A stretch of DNA of 64,000 nt from Octopus vulgaris (Eukaryota): positions 41,044,001 through 41,108,000 of the forward strand of contig OX597831.1 of the NCBI GenBank assembly GCA_951406725.2. The letters run 5' to 3'. Shown one piece after another: positions 1 to 12,529 of this stretch (positions are counted from its first letter, which is position 1; each line of letters begins with the position of its first letter). The notes below the pieces were generated by a model. That model ran no database searches. It saw only the letters and a list, made by a program, of their open reading frames with translations, and was not told the DNA's origin. A program made the translations under genes and the position numbers.

Positions 1-370
<370 letters not shown>

Positions 371-534
371 TTGATAGCTAGATAGATTCGTGAACATACA
401 CATGTATCGCTTCTATCAATTAAACCGTTCTAAGGACGAACTTCTTGGAAGTTGGTAACCGATATGGCCGGAGTCCAATACATACATAAATAAATATACA
501 CACACACACATAATTATGTATTACTTTATCTCTT

Positions 535-537
535 ATA

Positions 538-584
<47 letters not shown>

Positions 585-643
585 GCATACATATATATAC
601 ATATATGTATGCATATATGTGTGTGTTTGTGTATGAATATACA

Positions 644-687
<44 letters not shown>

Positions 688-772
688 AGGTGTATATTCA
701 TACACAAACACACATACGTGCATACATATATATATATGCTTGTATATGTATATATATATGTATATATATGTT

Positions 773-835
<63 letters not shown>

Positions 836-890
836 ATATAGAGCGCCACGCATCCACTTCCAAGTAAGTTTTATATATATATATATACTT
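535..890. repeat. (TA)n-rich low-complexity region containing an inverted repeat around an (AT)n centre
   Basis: Arms TGTGTGTTTGTGTATGAATATACACCTAT and ATAGGTGTATATTCATACACAAACACACA are reverse complements. Confidence 0.9.
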
Positions 891-1130
891 TATTCTTTTA
901 CTGTTTTACTGGCTTCAACTATTGGACGGCAGCCATGTGGGTCAGCTCTTTTGAAGGGATTTTAGTCGATTTAAACTAAATATATTTTTCAATAAATATG
1001 CATTTGTAAAAAGAAAAAAATAACAATCAGTTCTACTATATATATCTCAGTCATCAGTCCATCAGCACGACTAGCACCGTTACCATGACTACCACTACCA
1101 CAACGACCTCCAAATTAACAACAGCAATAG

Positions 1131-1394
1131 TAAAGACCCCCTTCGGTCATGAGTGACCATGGGTTTGCACCTAGAGAGTTACCCTCTGAGGCACAAGTCT
1201 GGGCAAGGTTGTTTTTTATGGAAGACCAGTAGTCGCCCATGCATACCAGCCTCCCCTCTCCACGCCACCAGTGTTATCCAAGGGAAAGACAAAGGTCGAT
1301 ACAGCTTGGCACCCGTGACGTCGCAACTCATTTCTACAGCTGAGTGAACTGGAGCAACGTGAAATAAAGTGTCTTGCTCAAGAACACAACACGC
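1131..1394 (-). mobile_element. SINE family C, 5'-truncated copy
   Basis: Near-identical reverse complement of ~8175-8437; flanked by GCAATAGTAA direct repeat (1124-1133, 1393-1402). Confidence 0.85.
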
Positions 1395-1620
1395 AATAGT
1401 AATAATACATTAAAAGAAGGCAAACATAAATACTTTACAGCGCTAAGAAAAAGAAAGAAGAAAAAAGTGATAGCAATGGGGTCCTCCTGATAGGGAAGGC
1501 CTCTAGGGATAATCGAGAAACCCCACCATCCAAGATCAACTTGAATGCCAAGGATAAGTGTCCTTTCCAACTCCTTTTCTCCGACTCATGGGTCTACACT
1601 TAGAGCGGTACTATCCACTA

Positions 1621-1833
1621 TTACTCTTTTACTTGTGTCAGTCATTTGACTGCGGCCATGCTGGAGCACCGCCTTTAGTCGAACAAATCGACCCCGGGAT
1701 TTATTCTTTGTAAGCCCAGTACTTATTCTATCGGTCTCTCTTTTGCCGAACCGCTAAGTGACGGGGACGTAAACACACTAGCATCGGTTGTCAAGCAATG
1801 CTAGGAGGTCAAACACAGACACACAAACACACT

Positions 1834-1885
<52 letters not shown>

Positions 1886-2047
1886 TACGACAGGCTTCTT
1901 TCGGTTTCCGTCTACCAAATCCACTCACAAGGCATTGGTTGGCCCGGGGCTATAGCAGAAGACACTTGCCCAAGATGCCACGCAGTGGGACTGGAACCCG
2001 GAACCATGTGGTTGGTTAGCAAGCTACTTACCACACAGCCACTCCTT
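1621..2047 (-). mobile_element. SINE family A (tRNA head, CORE-like segment, internal microsatellite, (AAAAGAGT)n tail), near full length
   Basis: A-box TGGCTGTGTGG, B-box GGTTCCAGTCCC, ATCTTGGGCAAGT; matches >15 other copies in the window. Confidence 0.9.
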
Positions 2048-2061
2048 ATATATATATATAA

Positions 2062-2468
2062 GGCGCATGAGTGGCTGTGGTAAGTAGCCTGCTTACCTAC
2101 CACGTGGTTTCGAATTCAGTCCCACTGCGTAGCACCTTGGGCAAGTGTCTTCTACTAGAGCCTTGAGCCGACCAAGGCCTTGTGAGTAGATTTGGTAGAC
2201 GCACACTGAAAGAATCCCGTTGTATATATGTATATATATATATATACGTGTGTGTGTGTGTGTGTTTGTGTGTCCGTGTTTGCCCCCACTCTCAACGTCG
2301 CTTGACAACCGATGCTGGTTTGTTTACGTCCCCGTTACTTAGCAGTTCGGCAAAGGCGGTCGATATAATAAGTACTAGGTTTACAAAGAATAAGACCGGG
2401 GGTCGATTTGCTCGACTAGAGCCGATGTTCTAGCATGGCCACAGCTCTCGAGCTGAAGCTAGAAAACA
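2062..2468 (+). mobile_element. SINE family A, head-to-head with previous copy
   Basis: GGCGCATGAGTGGCTGTGG...GAATTCAGTCCC...GCATGGCCACAG. Confidence 0.9.
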
Positions 2469-2488
2469 ATATATATATATGTGAGTAA

Positions 2489-2580
<92 letters not shown>

Positions 2581-2648
2581 GTATGTGTATATATGTATAT
2601 ATATATATATATATATGTATATGTATGTGTATATATGTATATATATGT

Positions 2649-2680
<32 letters not shown>

Positions 2681-2928
2681 GTATGTGTATATATGTATAT
2701 ATATATATGTATATGAATGTGTATATATGTATATATATATATATGTATTTATGTGTGCGTATATATATGTATATGTATGTGTATATATGTATATATATAT
2801 ATGTATATGTATGTGTATATATGTATATATATATATATGTATTTATGTGTGCGTATATATATGTATATGTATATATATGTTTATACATATGTATATATAT
2901 ATGTATATATATGTGTGTGTATATATAC

Positions 2929-2974
<46 letters not shown>

Positions 2975-3012
2975 GTATGTATATGCATGTATTTATATAC
3001 ACACACACGCGC
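2469..3012. repeat. Long compound (TA)n/(TATG)n/(TG)n microsatellite
   Basis: Directly visible; source of the YI/CV-repeat ORFs. Confidence 0.95.
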
Positions 3013-3378
3013 GCATCCATACACTTTTTACGTACTTTACCCGAAGGCCTCAAGAGCACTTTGACCCTGTGAAAATTGCATTGCGTACACACAGCTATTG
3101 CAACGAAAGCCTGGAGGAATCCTATCGTACCTAACGTTTTTCAGCAATTATTATAAACACTACTGAAATCGCAGAAGGTGGAAAACAGAGAAACTCTTCG
3201 AAGTGTTTATTTTATTTCATCTCATAGTAACTACTTCTTCATAAAATAGCAAACACTTCCTTAGGAAATCCAACCAAAATACAGGCGAGAAAATTATCTC
3301 TCAAGCTGCCAAGTTACTGTTTTTTTTTCCTTTCAGAAATAACATTTCCAGAGTTTGCAACTTCCCAAATTGCTTTAG

Positions 3379-4635
3379 TACAAGATATCGAACTGCGTAC
3401 AACATAATGTCGAACTACGTATCACAAGATTCAGGACTGTGTACAGCAAAATTCTGAATGGTGTATCACAAGATTCAGGATAGTGTACGGTGGAAGCACT
3501 CCGTCGGTTACGACGATGAGGGTTCCGGTTGATCCGAATCATCGGAACAGCCTGCTCGTGAAATTAACGTGTAAGTGGCTGAGCACTCCACAGACACGTG
3601 CACCCTTAACGTAGTTCTCGGGGATATTCAGCGTGACACAGAGAGTGACAAGGCCGGCCCCTTGAAATATAGGTACAACAGAAACAGGAAGTAAGAGTGA
3701 GAGAAAGTTGTGGTGAAAGAGTACAGCAGGGATCACCACCATCCCCTGCCGGAGCCTCGTGGAGCTTTTAGTTGTTTTCGCTCAATAAACACTCACAACG
3801 CCCGGTCTGGGAATCGAAACCGCGATCCTATGACCACGAGTCCGCTGCCCTAACTACTGGGCCATTGCGCCTCCACGGATAGTGTACTACAAGTTTCCGA
3901 AGGTGTAGATTAAGATTTCAAATGGTGTATCACAAGATCTCAAATTACGAACTGCCTAACATAAAATTCCGAACTGCATACTACAAGATCCTGTATGGAG
4001 TAGCACAAGATCTCAAATTGTGTGCCATAACATTCTGTGCAGTATGCCACAAGATTTTGAACAAAATACCACAAGATACCGAATTGCGTACCACTAAATT
4101 TTGAATGGTGCGTCTCAAGATACCGCATGGAGAATTACAAGTTTCCGAATAGTGTACCACAAGATTTCGAATGGTGTACCACAAGGTTTCGAATAACGAA
4201 CAACTTGATTCTGAATCGCTTGCTACAAGATTTCGAATAGTGTAGCACAAGATTCCGAATAACGTACAGCTTGATTCCGAACTGCGTGCTACAAGATTTC
4301 GAATAGTGTAGCACAAGATTCCGAATAATGTACAGCTTGATTCCGAACTGCGTGCTACAAGATTTTGAATAGTGTAGCATAAGATTCCGAATAACGTACA
4401 ATTTGATTCCGAACTGCGTACTACAAGATTTTGAATAGTGTAGAACAAGATTCCGAATAATGTACCATTTGATTCCGAACTGCGTGCTACAAGATTTCGA
4501 ATAGTGTAGAACAAGATTCCGAATAACGTACCATTTGATTCCGAACTGCGTACTACAAAGATTTCGAATGGTGTAGCACAAGATTCCACATTATGTATCA
4601 CAATATTCCTCACAGTATACCACAAGATTCCAAAT
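3379..4635. repeat. 22-bp minisatellite with 66-bp (3x22) higher-order unit, interrupted by a SINE
   Basis: Monomers CAAGATTTCGAATAGTGTAGCA / CAAGATTCCGAATAACGTACAG / CTTGATTCCGAACTGCGTGCTA alternate at ~4160-4580; degenerate monomers on both flanks. Confidence 0.9.
3489..3876 (-). mobile_element. SINE family D, full length, with 11-bp TSD
   Basis: tRNA-like head GGAGGCGCAATGGCCCAGTAGTTAGGG...GGTTTCGATTCCC; TSD GGATAGTGTAC at 3478-3488 and 3877-3887; homologous to 13319-13690. Confidence 0.92.
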
Positions 4636-4685
4636 GACCACAGATATCCATCTCGATAATTCCTCTCTTGGAACAGAGTGCTTTG

Positions 4686-5151
<466 letters not shown>

Positions 5152-5181
5152 GTATATATGTATCCATGTGTGTATATATAT

Positions 5182-5240
<59 letters not shown>

Positions 5241-5560
5241 CACACACACATACATACAGAGGACCAACAGTTTCCCGTCTGTTACTAATATTGTCCCAGG
5301 GATATGTCAAGGACCAGCATAGCTTGGCACTTACGCCATGACAAATGTTGCTGCCAGAACACAAAAGACCAGAACAGCTACAGCGATGTACTTCATCAGT
5401 CAATAACTCATAGTAGGTCCTTGATTTATGGAAACTGAAAGGTTTTCGGCAGCGTTTGGAGTCAAAACTCAGAGATAATCATCACCCATCGTTAATACTT
5501 GTCTTTGTCTTTGTTTGAACCCTCATCTAGTAATAAAACTGTAGAAGCAACGCCGTTGCA

Positions 5561-5905
5561 CAGTGCTCCGCAACATTTCTTCACTTGTGGCACACTTATA
5601 TTCTTTTCAAAATTCGGCGGCACACCTGAGCTAAAAATATAACTAAAAGTATAGGGGAAAAAAAGATTATATTCAACTTACACTGCGGCACACCTAACGC
5701 CGTTGCACAGTGCTCCGCAATATTTTTTCACTTGCGGCACACTTATATTCTTTTCAAAATTCGGCGGCACACCTGAGCTAAAAATATAACTAAAAGTATA
5801 GGGGGAAAAAAAGATTATATTCAGCTTATATTCAGATTATATTCTGCGGCACACCTAGCATTGTCTCGTGGCACACCGGTGTTCTATAACGGTTGCGGGG
5901 CACTG
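5561..5905. mobile_element. hAT-type MITE with a 147-bp tandem duplication of its left end
   Basis: TIRs CAGTGCTCCGCAAC / GTTGCGGGGCACTG; imperfect 8-bp TSD CCGTTGCA / CCGTACCA; subterminal GCGGCACAC repeats. Confidence 0.7.
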
Positions 5906-6096
5906 CCGTACCATACGTGTATCACCATGCGTACTGCAACTACAGTCACCAGCAGCAGCAGCAGCAGTCGTAGTTGTAGCAGCAGAAGCAGAAGGCCAAC
6001 TTTTTCGTGAGATAATCAATACAGAAAATCAATTATGAACAATGAAAATAAATTATACCAACTCAGTGTTGTCAGCGAGTGTGTGTGTGTGTGTGT

Positions 6097-6395
6097 GGGC
6101 GCAGGCGTACTTCCCAACCACATCGTTCCGGGATCAGTCCTACTTCATGGCACCTTGGCCAAATGTCTTCTACAGCAGCTTCGAGCCGACTAGCCCCTTG
6201 AGAGTGGATTTGGTAGACGGAAACTGAAAAAAACCCGTCGTATATATGCATATATGTATGTGTGCGTGCGTGCGTGCATGTTTGTCGATCACCACTGCTG
6301 GACAACCGGCGTTGGTGTCTTTGCGTCACTGTAACTTAGCGGTTCGAAAAGAAATACAGAAAAAATACTAGGCTAATGAATGAAACAAGTAAAAA
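6097..6395 (+). mobile_element. SINE family A, old degenerate copy
   Basis: GAGTGGATTTGGTAGACGGAAACTG, GTAACTTAGCGGTTCG. Confidence 0.75.
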
Positions 6396-6410
6396 AATGC
6401 TTATATCTAT

Positions 6411-6440
<30 letters not shown>

Positions 6441-6441
<1 letters not shown>

Positions 6442-6657
6442 CTCTTTTACTCTTTTACTTGTTTCAGTCATTTGACTGCGGCCATGCTGGAGCACCGCCT
6501 TTAATCGAGCAACTCGACTCCGGGACTTATTCTTTTGTAAGCCCAGTACTTATTCAATCGGTCTCTTTTGCCGAACCGCTAGGTGACGGGGACATAAACA
6601 CACCAGCATCGGTTGTCAAGCAATGCTAGGGGGACAAACACAGACACACAAACACAT

Positions 6658-6734
<77 letters not shown>

Positions 6735-6829
6735 TACGACGGGCTTCTTTCAGTTTCCGTCTACCAAATCCACTCACAAGGCTTTGGTCGGCCCGGGGCT
6801 ATAGGAGAAGACACTTGCCCAAGGTGCCA
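6441..6829 (-). mobile_element. SINE family A, 5'-truncated
   Basis: Tail TACTCTTTTACTCTTTTACTTGTTTCAGTCATTTGACTGCGGCC through CCAAGGTGCCA. Confidence 0.9.
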
Positions 6830-6984
6830 TAAGAAGAAAATGGAGATTGGGAAGTTTATAATTGTTTATTAATAACTGCATGTATGTATATATATATATA
6901 TATACAAAATTGAACACACATACTCGAGGTGTAAATGTTAGATCGCTGGGCGGCTGCACTTTTGTGTGTGTGTATATATATATA

Positions 6985-7044
<60 letters not shown>

Positions 7045-7399
7045 CACACGCATATACACGTGTGTATATATATGTATGTACGTGCAGAAGTTTACGAATA
7101 TGTGTGTAATATGCCACTAGGTGTGTGTGTGGGGGGCTGGTAAATGTGGACGGGCCAAAACATCTTTAGTGTCTTTACACAAGATGGGAGAGATGAAGTT
7201 AGAGAAACGACATGTCTGGACATGTGTAACGACCAACACAACCGCAGTTCATCAAACAGCTAATAGCTGTCTGACTTTTTGCTTAGCCCTAGGTCAATCA
7301 TCACGAGACAGACCTCTAATCAAGGAATTCTATTCGTGACCATCGCTTTCAGATACATAGTTAACATTAGACATATATATAACTAATATGTCTAACGTT

Positions 7400-7580
7400 T
7401 CAAATTTTGGCACAAGGATAGCAATTTCTGGGCAGGGTGTACGTCGAAATCATCGACGACCCCAGTACACCACTGGTAGTTAGGTTATCAACCCTGAAAG
7501 GATGAAGGGTAAAGTCGACCTCGGCGGAATTTGAACTTCGAATGTAAAGACGGACGAAACACCGCTAAGTATTTTGGACG
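7400..7580 (-). mobile_element. SINE family B (Meta/MESC-like core), degenerate
   Basis: GAAAGGATGAAGGGTAAAGTCGACCTCGGCGGAATTTGAAC. Confidence 0.75.
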
Positions 7581-7870
7581 GTGGTGGTGGTGGTGAGGGT
7601 GGGAGTGGCAATGGTGGTGGTGGAGGGGAGTGGCATTCGTGGTGGTGGAGGGGAGTGGCAATGGTGGCGGCGGCGGGTGGTAATTGTGGTGGCAGTGGCC
7701 GTGGTGGTGATGGTACGGTGCTGTTGTTCTGGTTGTGGTTGCAGTGCCAGTATCGGTGGCGGTTGTAGTGATAATGCCAGTAGCAGTGGTGGAGGCGGTG
7801 GCGGTGGCGGCGGCGGCGGTGATAATCACGATACTAAAGTTGCCTTGGTCATCGTGGCCATGGTGATGAT
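7578..7870. repeat. Degenerate (GGT)n/(GGC)n triplet low-complexity tract
   Basis: Directly visible. Confidence 0.85.
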
Positions 7871-8098
7871 ACTAATCATAGCAGTGAAGTTGGTTCCAGA
7901 TGATACGTACGTTGCCATGGAGGCTCTGTTTACGCATCACCGAACCAGGAATTACCGCCTGTTTCATTTGTTATTAACTCTATTTTAACAACAATAAATC
8001 ATGTCTTTGTTTAGCATTCAGGTTCAATGAAAGGAAGTTAGCAAGGCCAAATCCATATGCTCATACATACACATAGATATATTTATGTAAGTAACATT

Positions 8099-8437
8099 GG
8101 AAGGCGCATGGCTCAGTGGTTAGAGCGTCGAGCTTACGATCGTGAGGTTGTGAGCTCGAATCCCGGACCGGGCTGCGTGTTGTGTTCTTGAGCAAGGCAC
8201 TTTATTTCACGTTGCTCCAGTTCACTCAGCTGTAGAAATGAGTTGCGACGTCACTGGTGCCAAGCTGTATCGACCTTTGTCTTTCCCTTGGATAACACTG
8301 GTGGCGTGGAGAGGGGAGGCTGGTATGCATGGGCGACTGTTGGTCTTCCATAAACAACCGTGCCCGGACTTGTGTCTAGGAGGGTAACTTTCTAGGTGCA
8401 ATCCCATGGTCATTCATGACCGAAGGGGGTCTTTACC
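8099..8437 (+). mobile_element. SINE family C, full length (tRNA head + CORE-like domain + distinct tail)
   Basis: A-box TGGCTCAGTGG, B-box GAGCTCGAATCCC, CORE-like TGTGTTCTTGAGCAAGGCACTTTA; ends GGGGGTCTTTACC. Confidence 0.9.
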
Positions 8438-8475
8438 CTTTATTGTATATATGCGTGTATGCATGTATGTATATA

Positions 8476-8857
8476 TCTCTCTCTATATAAACGGCAGTTT
8501 GTCTGTGCGTGTTTCTGTGTGTCTGTTTGCTTGTACCCTCACTCTGACCACGGCTTTCAACCAATTCTGATGAAACTTGACACACACATAGCCCAATGTC
8601 ATAATTCAAAACTAACGCAGCGAAAATTTTGAAAAGTTCCCCCAGTTCTGAAAAAGATCGATAAATTCGACATGGGGTCGACAATCAGAAACACAAACCG
8701 CAGATGGTGTAGGGGACGCAACTTGGCCTTTTTAACTACCCAAAAATTTTACCATCATTTTTTTCCCATTTTTTTGCTATTTTTTGGCTATAACTCTCTA
8801 AAAGTGCTTTATAGTTATTTCCCTTACAAACCTGAGCAACGCCGGGCGATACTGCTA

Positions 8858-8858
<1 letters not shown>
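8476..8858 (+). mobile_element. Non-autonomous Helitron
   Basis: A|TC start, subterminal hairpin CCTGAGC-AAC-GCCGGG then CTAG|T end, no TSD; 5' ~205 bp shared with 50888-51344. Confidence 0.85.
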
Positions 8859-8903
<45 letters not shown>

Positions 8904-9117
8904 ATAATATCAAAGGGTAATCTGAAATATTAGAAATTTCCATTACCAGTGGCTTAGCGTGTAACAATTTAGTCAATAGACTATAGAAGGTAAATGCTTT
9001 TATTTTTCATTCCCTTCGAAATTTTATCCCTAATAGTGGTTTGGAATTTAACTGCCCTCTCTAGCGTGTAGTTAGTCCTATGATAGATACCTCTCATGTG
9101 CTTAAATGTACACTGTA

Positions 9118-9181
<64 letters not shown>

Positions 9182-9202
9182 TCGGACATTCCTCTGTCTC
9201 CT

Positions 9203-9237
9203 GTTTCTGAAGAAGAGCTTTGCTCGAAACATAAAAC
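9203..9237 (+). ncRNA. Minimal type-I hammerhead ribozyme motif in a Penelope-like terminal fragment (~9180-9290)
   Basis: Stem I GTTT/AAAC, core CTGAAGA(A), stem II GAGC-TTT-GCTC, GAAAC, stem III ACAT (ACGT in the related motif at 79-82), H17=A. Confidence 0.6.
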
Positions 9238-9788
9238 CACCTTTCTTTACTTCCCTGAGCGTCTGCTAATACTGTGTGTATGTACCACAAGCAACAATTA
9301 GAAGGACAGGCAAAAAAAGACGGGTCATTGTTGGCTTTCTTTCATGAGTCAGGTCCCACAAGTAACGACCATTTCGGGCAGTTACACTTGTGATAGCTCG
9401 ATCTGGTTGCCCCCCACCCCACCCAAAGAGTCTAAGCAAAAAGTACGAGACCCCTTTGTAAGAAAGCTAGCGAATGTGTACGGCAACAAAGACGAAAATA
9501 CAAATTAACGAAAAAACGCAGAACATGGTACACAATTACGAATACAAACAACAAGAAGTAACAACAGGCGTCTTTCGACTGAGAACGAATCAAATTGAGC
9601 TGGCGTGTATCCATCCATCCATCCATCTATCCATACATACATACATACATACATACATACATACATACATACATACATACATACGTTCAGTGTATTTGTA
9701 AGATGAACAGAAGATGCACTCCATCTGATTACTTACTATGAAGCTTATGGTATCTCACATTTAAATCCTGTTTATTAATATGCATATG

Positions 9789-9858
<70 letters not shown>

Positions 9859-9903
9859 CAGGGGGTTAGGCTAGCCACATTCAAATGGCTAATGTCCCTT
9901 TTG

Positions 9904-9954
<51 letters not shown>

Positions 9955-9956
<2 letters not shown>

Positions 9957-10520
9957 CTGGTAGTTTGGTGCCGCGTCGGCTCCGCTAGCCATAACATTCA
10001 CTCCATTCCCCTCGTACTCTCGCCATTCTCTTCCACATTATTCCAAGCATCTTTCTTTAATCATCTTGTTATCTTCCGAGCGGCCTCTTCCGCCCGCGTT
10101 AGTCCACCGATCGTCTGTGAGCATTGCGACATGACTGGCTCATCGCAGCTTTGCGTGGTGGTATTCTGCGGCGTTGTCCTTCACTTTAGTTTTATCCTTG
10201 ATCTCCTCGTTCTGGATGTGATCTGCGAGCGACGTTCCCATCATCGACCTTTCCATGGCTCCCTACGCTGTAAGCAGATGTTGTTCTTCCTTCTCCGTCA
10301 AGGCCCAAGTCTCTCATGCGTATAGCACTGCAGGCAAGACTGTGCTGTTGAAGAGATTGTCGCGAGTTGCTCTGTCTAGGTTCGCCCTCAGTACATCCTT
10401 CACCGAGTTGAATGCTCTCCATCCTGCTCTTACCCTTCGAGAGATCTCATTCTCCATCTCTCGCCTCATAGTCACTTCTTTATCGAGATACATATAGCTT
10501 CTCACCTCATCTATATCATT
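9955..10520 (-). pseudogene. RTE-clade LINE, C-terminal part of ORF, decayed
   Basis: YMYLDKEV...EISRRVRAGWRAFNS...LFNSTVLPAVLYA*ETW...AMERSMMG, typical RTE thumb/C-terminal region, with stops. Confidence 0.85.
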
Positions 10521-10879
10521 GCCACTGCACATGAAACGGAAAATAAGGCTGGAGAAGAAATGCCTGTCGCAAAGTGTGTTTCGTAAAAGATGCAAGTCTA
10601 TAGCAAGTATGTTGCGAGTGAAAGAACCTGTTTAAACGAGAATATAAAAAAGGAGAAAGCAAAGTCTTCAGTGTGAGTATGGGGTTTTTGGAGTCGACCG
10701 CGTCCTCCGCTTCATTTTTTTTGTAAATCACTCATTCTCATTTAATTGTATATATTTTAATTGTTTGTTTATTCATACGTTTCGTCTCATTCGATACCCT
10801 GACCCCAATGTTTGTTTTGTCTGTCCTCGTATCGTCCCCTCTTTTTCTTAACCTCATAGTTAATAAAGAAATTGATTGT

Positions 10880-11352
10880 TAGGCGACCGATCAGTACGCC
10901 CTCAGACCGTATGTACTTGCTTTTCGTACGGTTGATCTTCAGACCGTCCGCCGAACCCCTGATACATACATACATACATACATCGTCCAGCATGGCCCGC
11001 AGCTGTTAGGTGCTCTCCGCTATCAGTGCTTTGTCATCAGCGAATCTTAGATGGGTGAGCAACCCTCCAGTTATCCTTATGGTTCCGTTCCAATTCATGT
11101 CTTGTATGACGATCTCGAGTCATGTTCTGAAAAGCTTAGGTGAGGTAGTGTCCCCTTACTTCACACTCTTCTCCACCGGAACATTCACTGTTGAGGATAA
11201 CAGGGCAAAATTCGTTGTACATCCAGTATTCGCTTCCCTAAGAAGGTTGATGTACTGCGTCGTCACACTTTGTTTTCCTCCATTTTGCAGTACTGCGTCG
11301 ATTTCGACATTGTCGAAGGCTTTCTCATAATCAATGAACGTAACGCACAAAG
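10880..11352 (-). pseudogene. RTE-clade LINE reverse transcriptase core fragment, decayed
   Basis: FIDYEKAFD, VK*GDTTSPKLF (QGD motif mutated to stop), HLRFADD. Confidence 0.9.
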
Positions 11353-11688
11353 GCCGCCGGTACCCTTCGCTCGTCGTTTAACAAAGATTTTCTTTCCCCT
11401 AACGACGTAGCTCAAATTCTGCATTATTTTGAACGAATTTTTTTGCATTTTGCATTAATGCAGACATGTAAGTAATTTATTTATTTTTAAATATGATAAT
11501 ATAAATTATTTACATGTATTTAAGTTACGAAACAATTTGTCATGATTTTAGGATTTTTTTTTTCATTGTTAAATAAAAGTTCATCTAAAGTTCATTTATG
11601 ACTATATGTACGTCCGTATATATGTATGTATATATGTATGTATGTGTGTATGTATGTATGTATATATGTATGCATGTATGTACGTACG

Positions 11689-11720
<32 letters not shown>

Positions 11721-12246
11721 CATGCATATATGTATGTGTGTGTGTATAAATTAAAACACGATATGGTCACAGCTGGAGTGTCTTAGATCATATGGCTGGT
11801 CTGTCTGAGTTCACTGGGAACTAAACAACAACAACAACAACAACAAAAGCAACAACAACTGATTATAGCGTTTTTTGTTTCTTTGTAATTAAAATTCACA
11901 TTTCTTTTTCTTTTTTTTTTTTGTGCGTATTACTTTGATTGAAAAATGGTAAAAGAAGATTAATTAAATAGATTAAGAATTACTGTTGGTCGAATCGATA
12001 TGTTATTGTAGTTGGTTGGTGTCTCCTTCACCACTTTATTCGTCTCCCCCCCCCCGACTTCTCACCTAGGTCGTACGTAACCGTCACCTCAGGCCCTTCA
12101 CAAATCACTATGGCCAAACTCCGTCTCCCTGCAGATGTTATCCTTGCAGTCAAGAAGAATTTCAGCCACACTGATCTCATAGGTCTCAAAGTGAGTCTTG
12201 TGAGAGCCATAGATACAGTGTGATCCCCATCAACCATTAAACTATA

Positions 12247-12428
12247 CAGCAATCCCTCGACTATCGCGGGTGTTACATTCCAAAACCTACCTCGGAAATA
12301 ATCAAAAGCTAAAAAATTATAAATACCTATCGGTCGCAGAAACCCGAGGATATTACTGAGGAGTACGTGATTTAAATTCACGTATATTAGCCAGAAAAAT
12401 CTACGATGTACTGAATGCACGAAAGGTC
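12247..12428. mobile_element. Possible Tigger/pogo-type MITE remnant
   Basis: TA|CAGCAATCCCTCGACTATCGCGG resembles Tigger TIRs; right TIR not intact. Confidence 0.4.
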
Positions 12429-12529
12429 ACTAAGAGAAAGTCGGAGCACGACTGAATTTTCGTGGATATTTTTTTTTCTAGTGTTGAATTTAGCTTGGAG
12501 TAAATAGTGAAGTATAACAGCTTTTAAAA

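Noticed and set aside
3379-4635. CRISPR-like regular array
   Set aside because: Contiguous related monomers with no unique spacers, no cas genes, eukaryotic context
7488-7988. Gly/His/Thr-rich protein exon
   Set aside because: Degenerate (GGT)n tract next to a SINE
8099-8175. tRNA gene (also 13319-13395, 23421-23490 and family A/B heads)
   Set aside because: A/B boxes are present but run into SINE bodies; acceptor stems are imperfect and there is no terminator
12110-12223. Short ORF MAKLRLPADVILAVKKNFSHTDLIGLKVSLVRAIDTV
   Set aside because: 37 aa, unrecognised, no support for exon status
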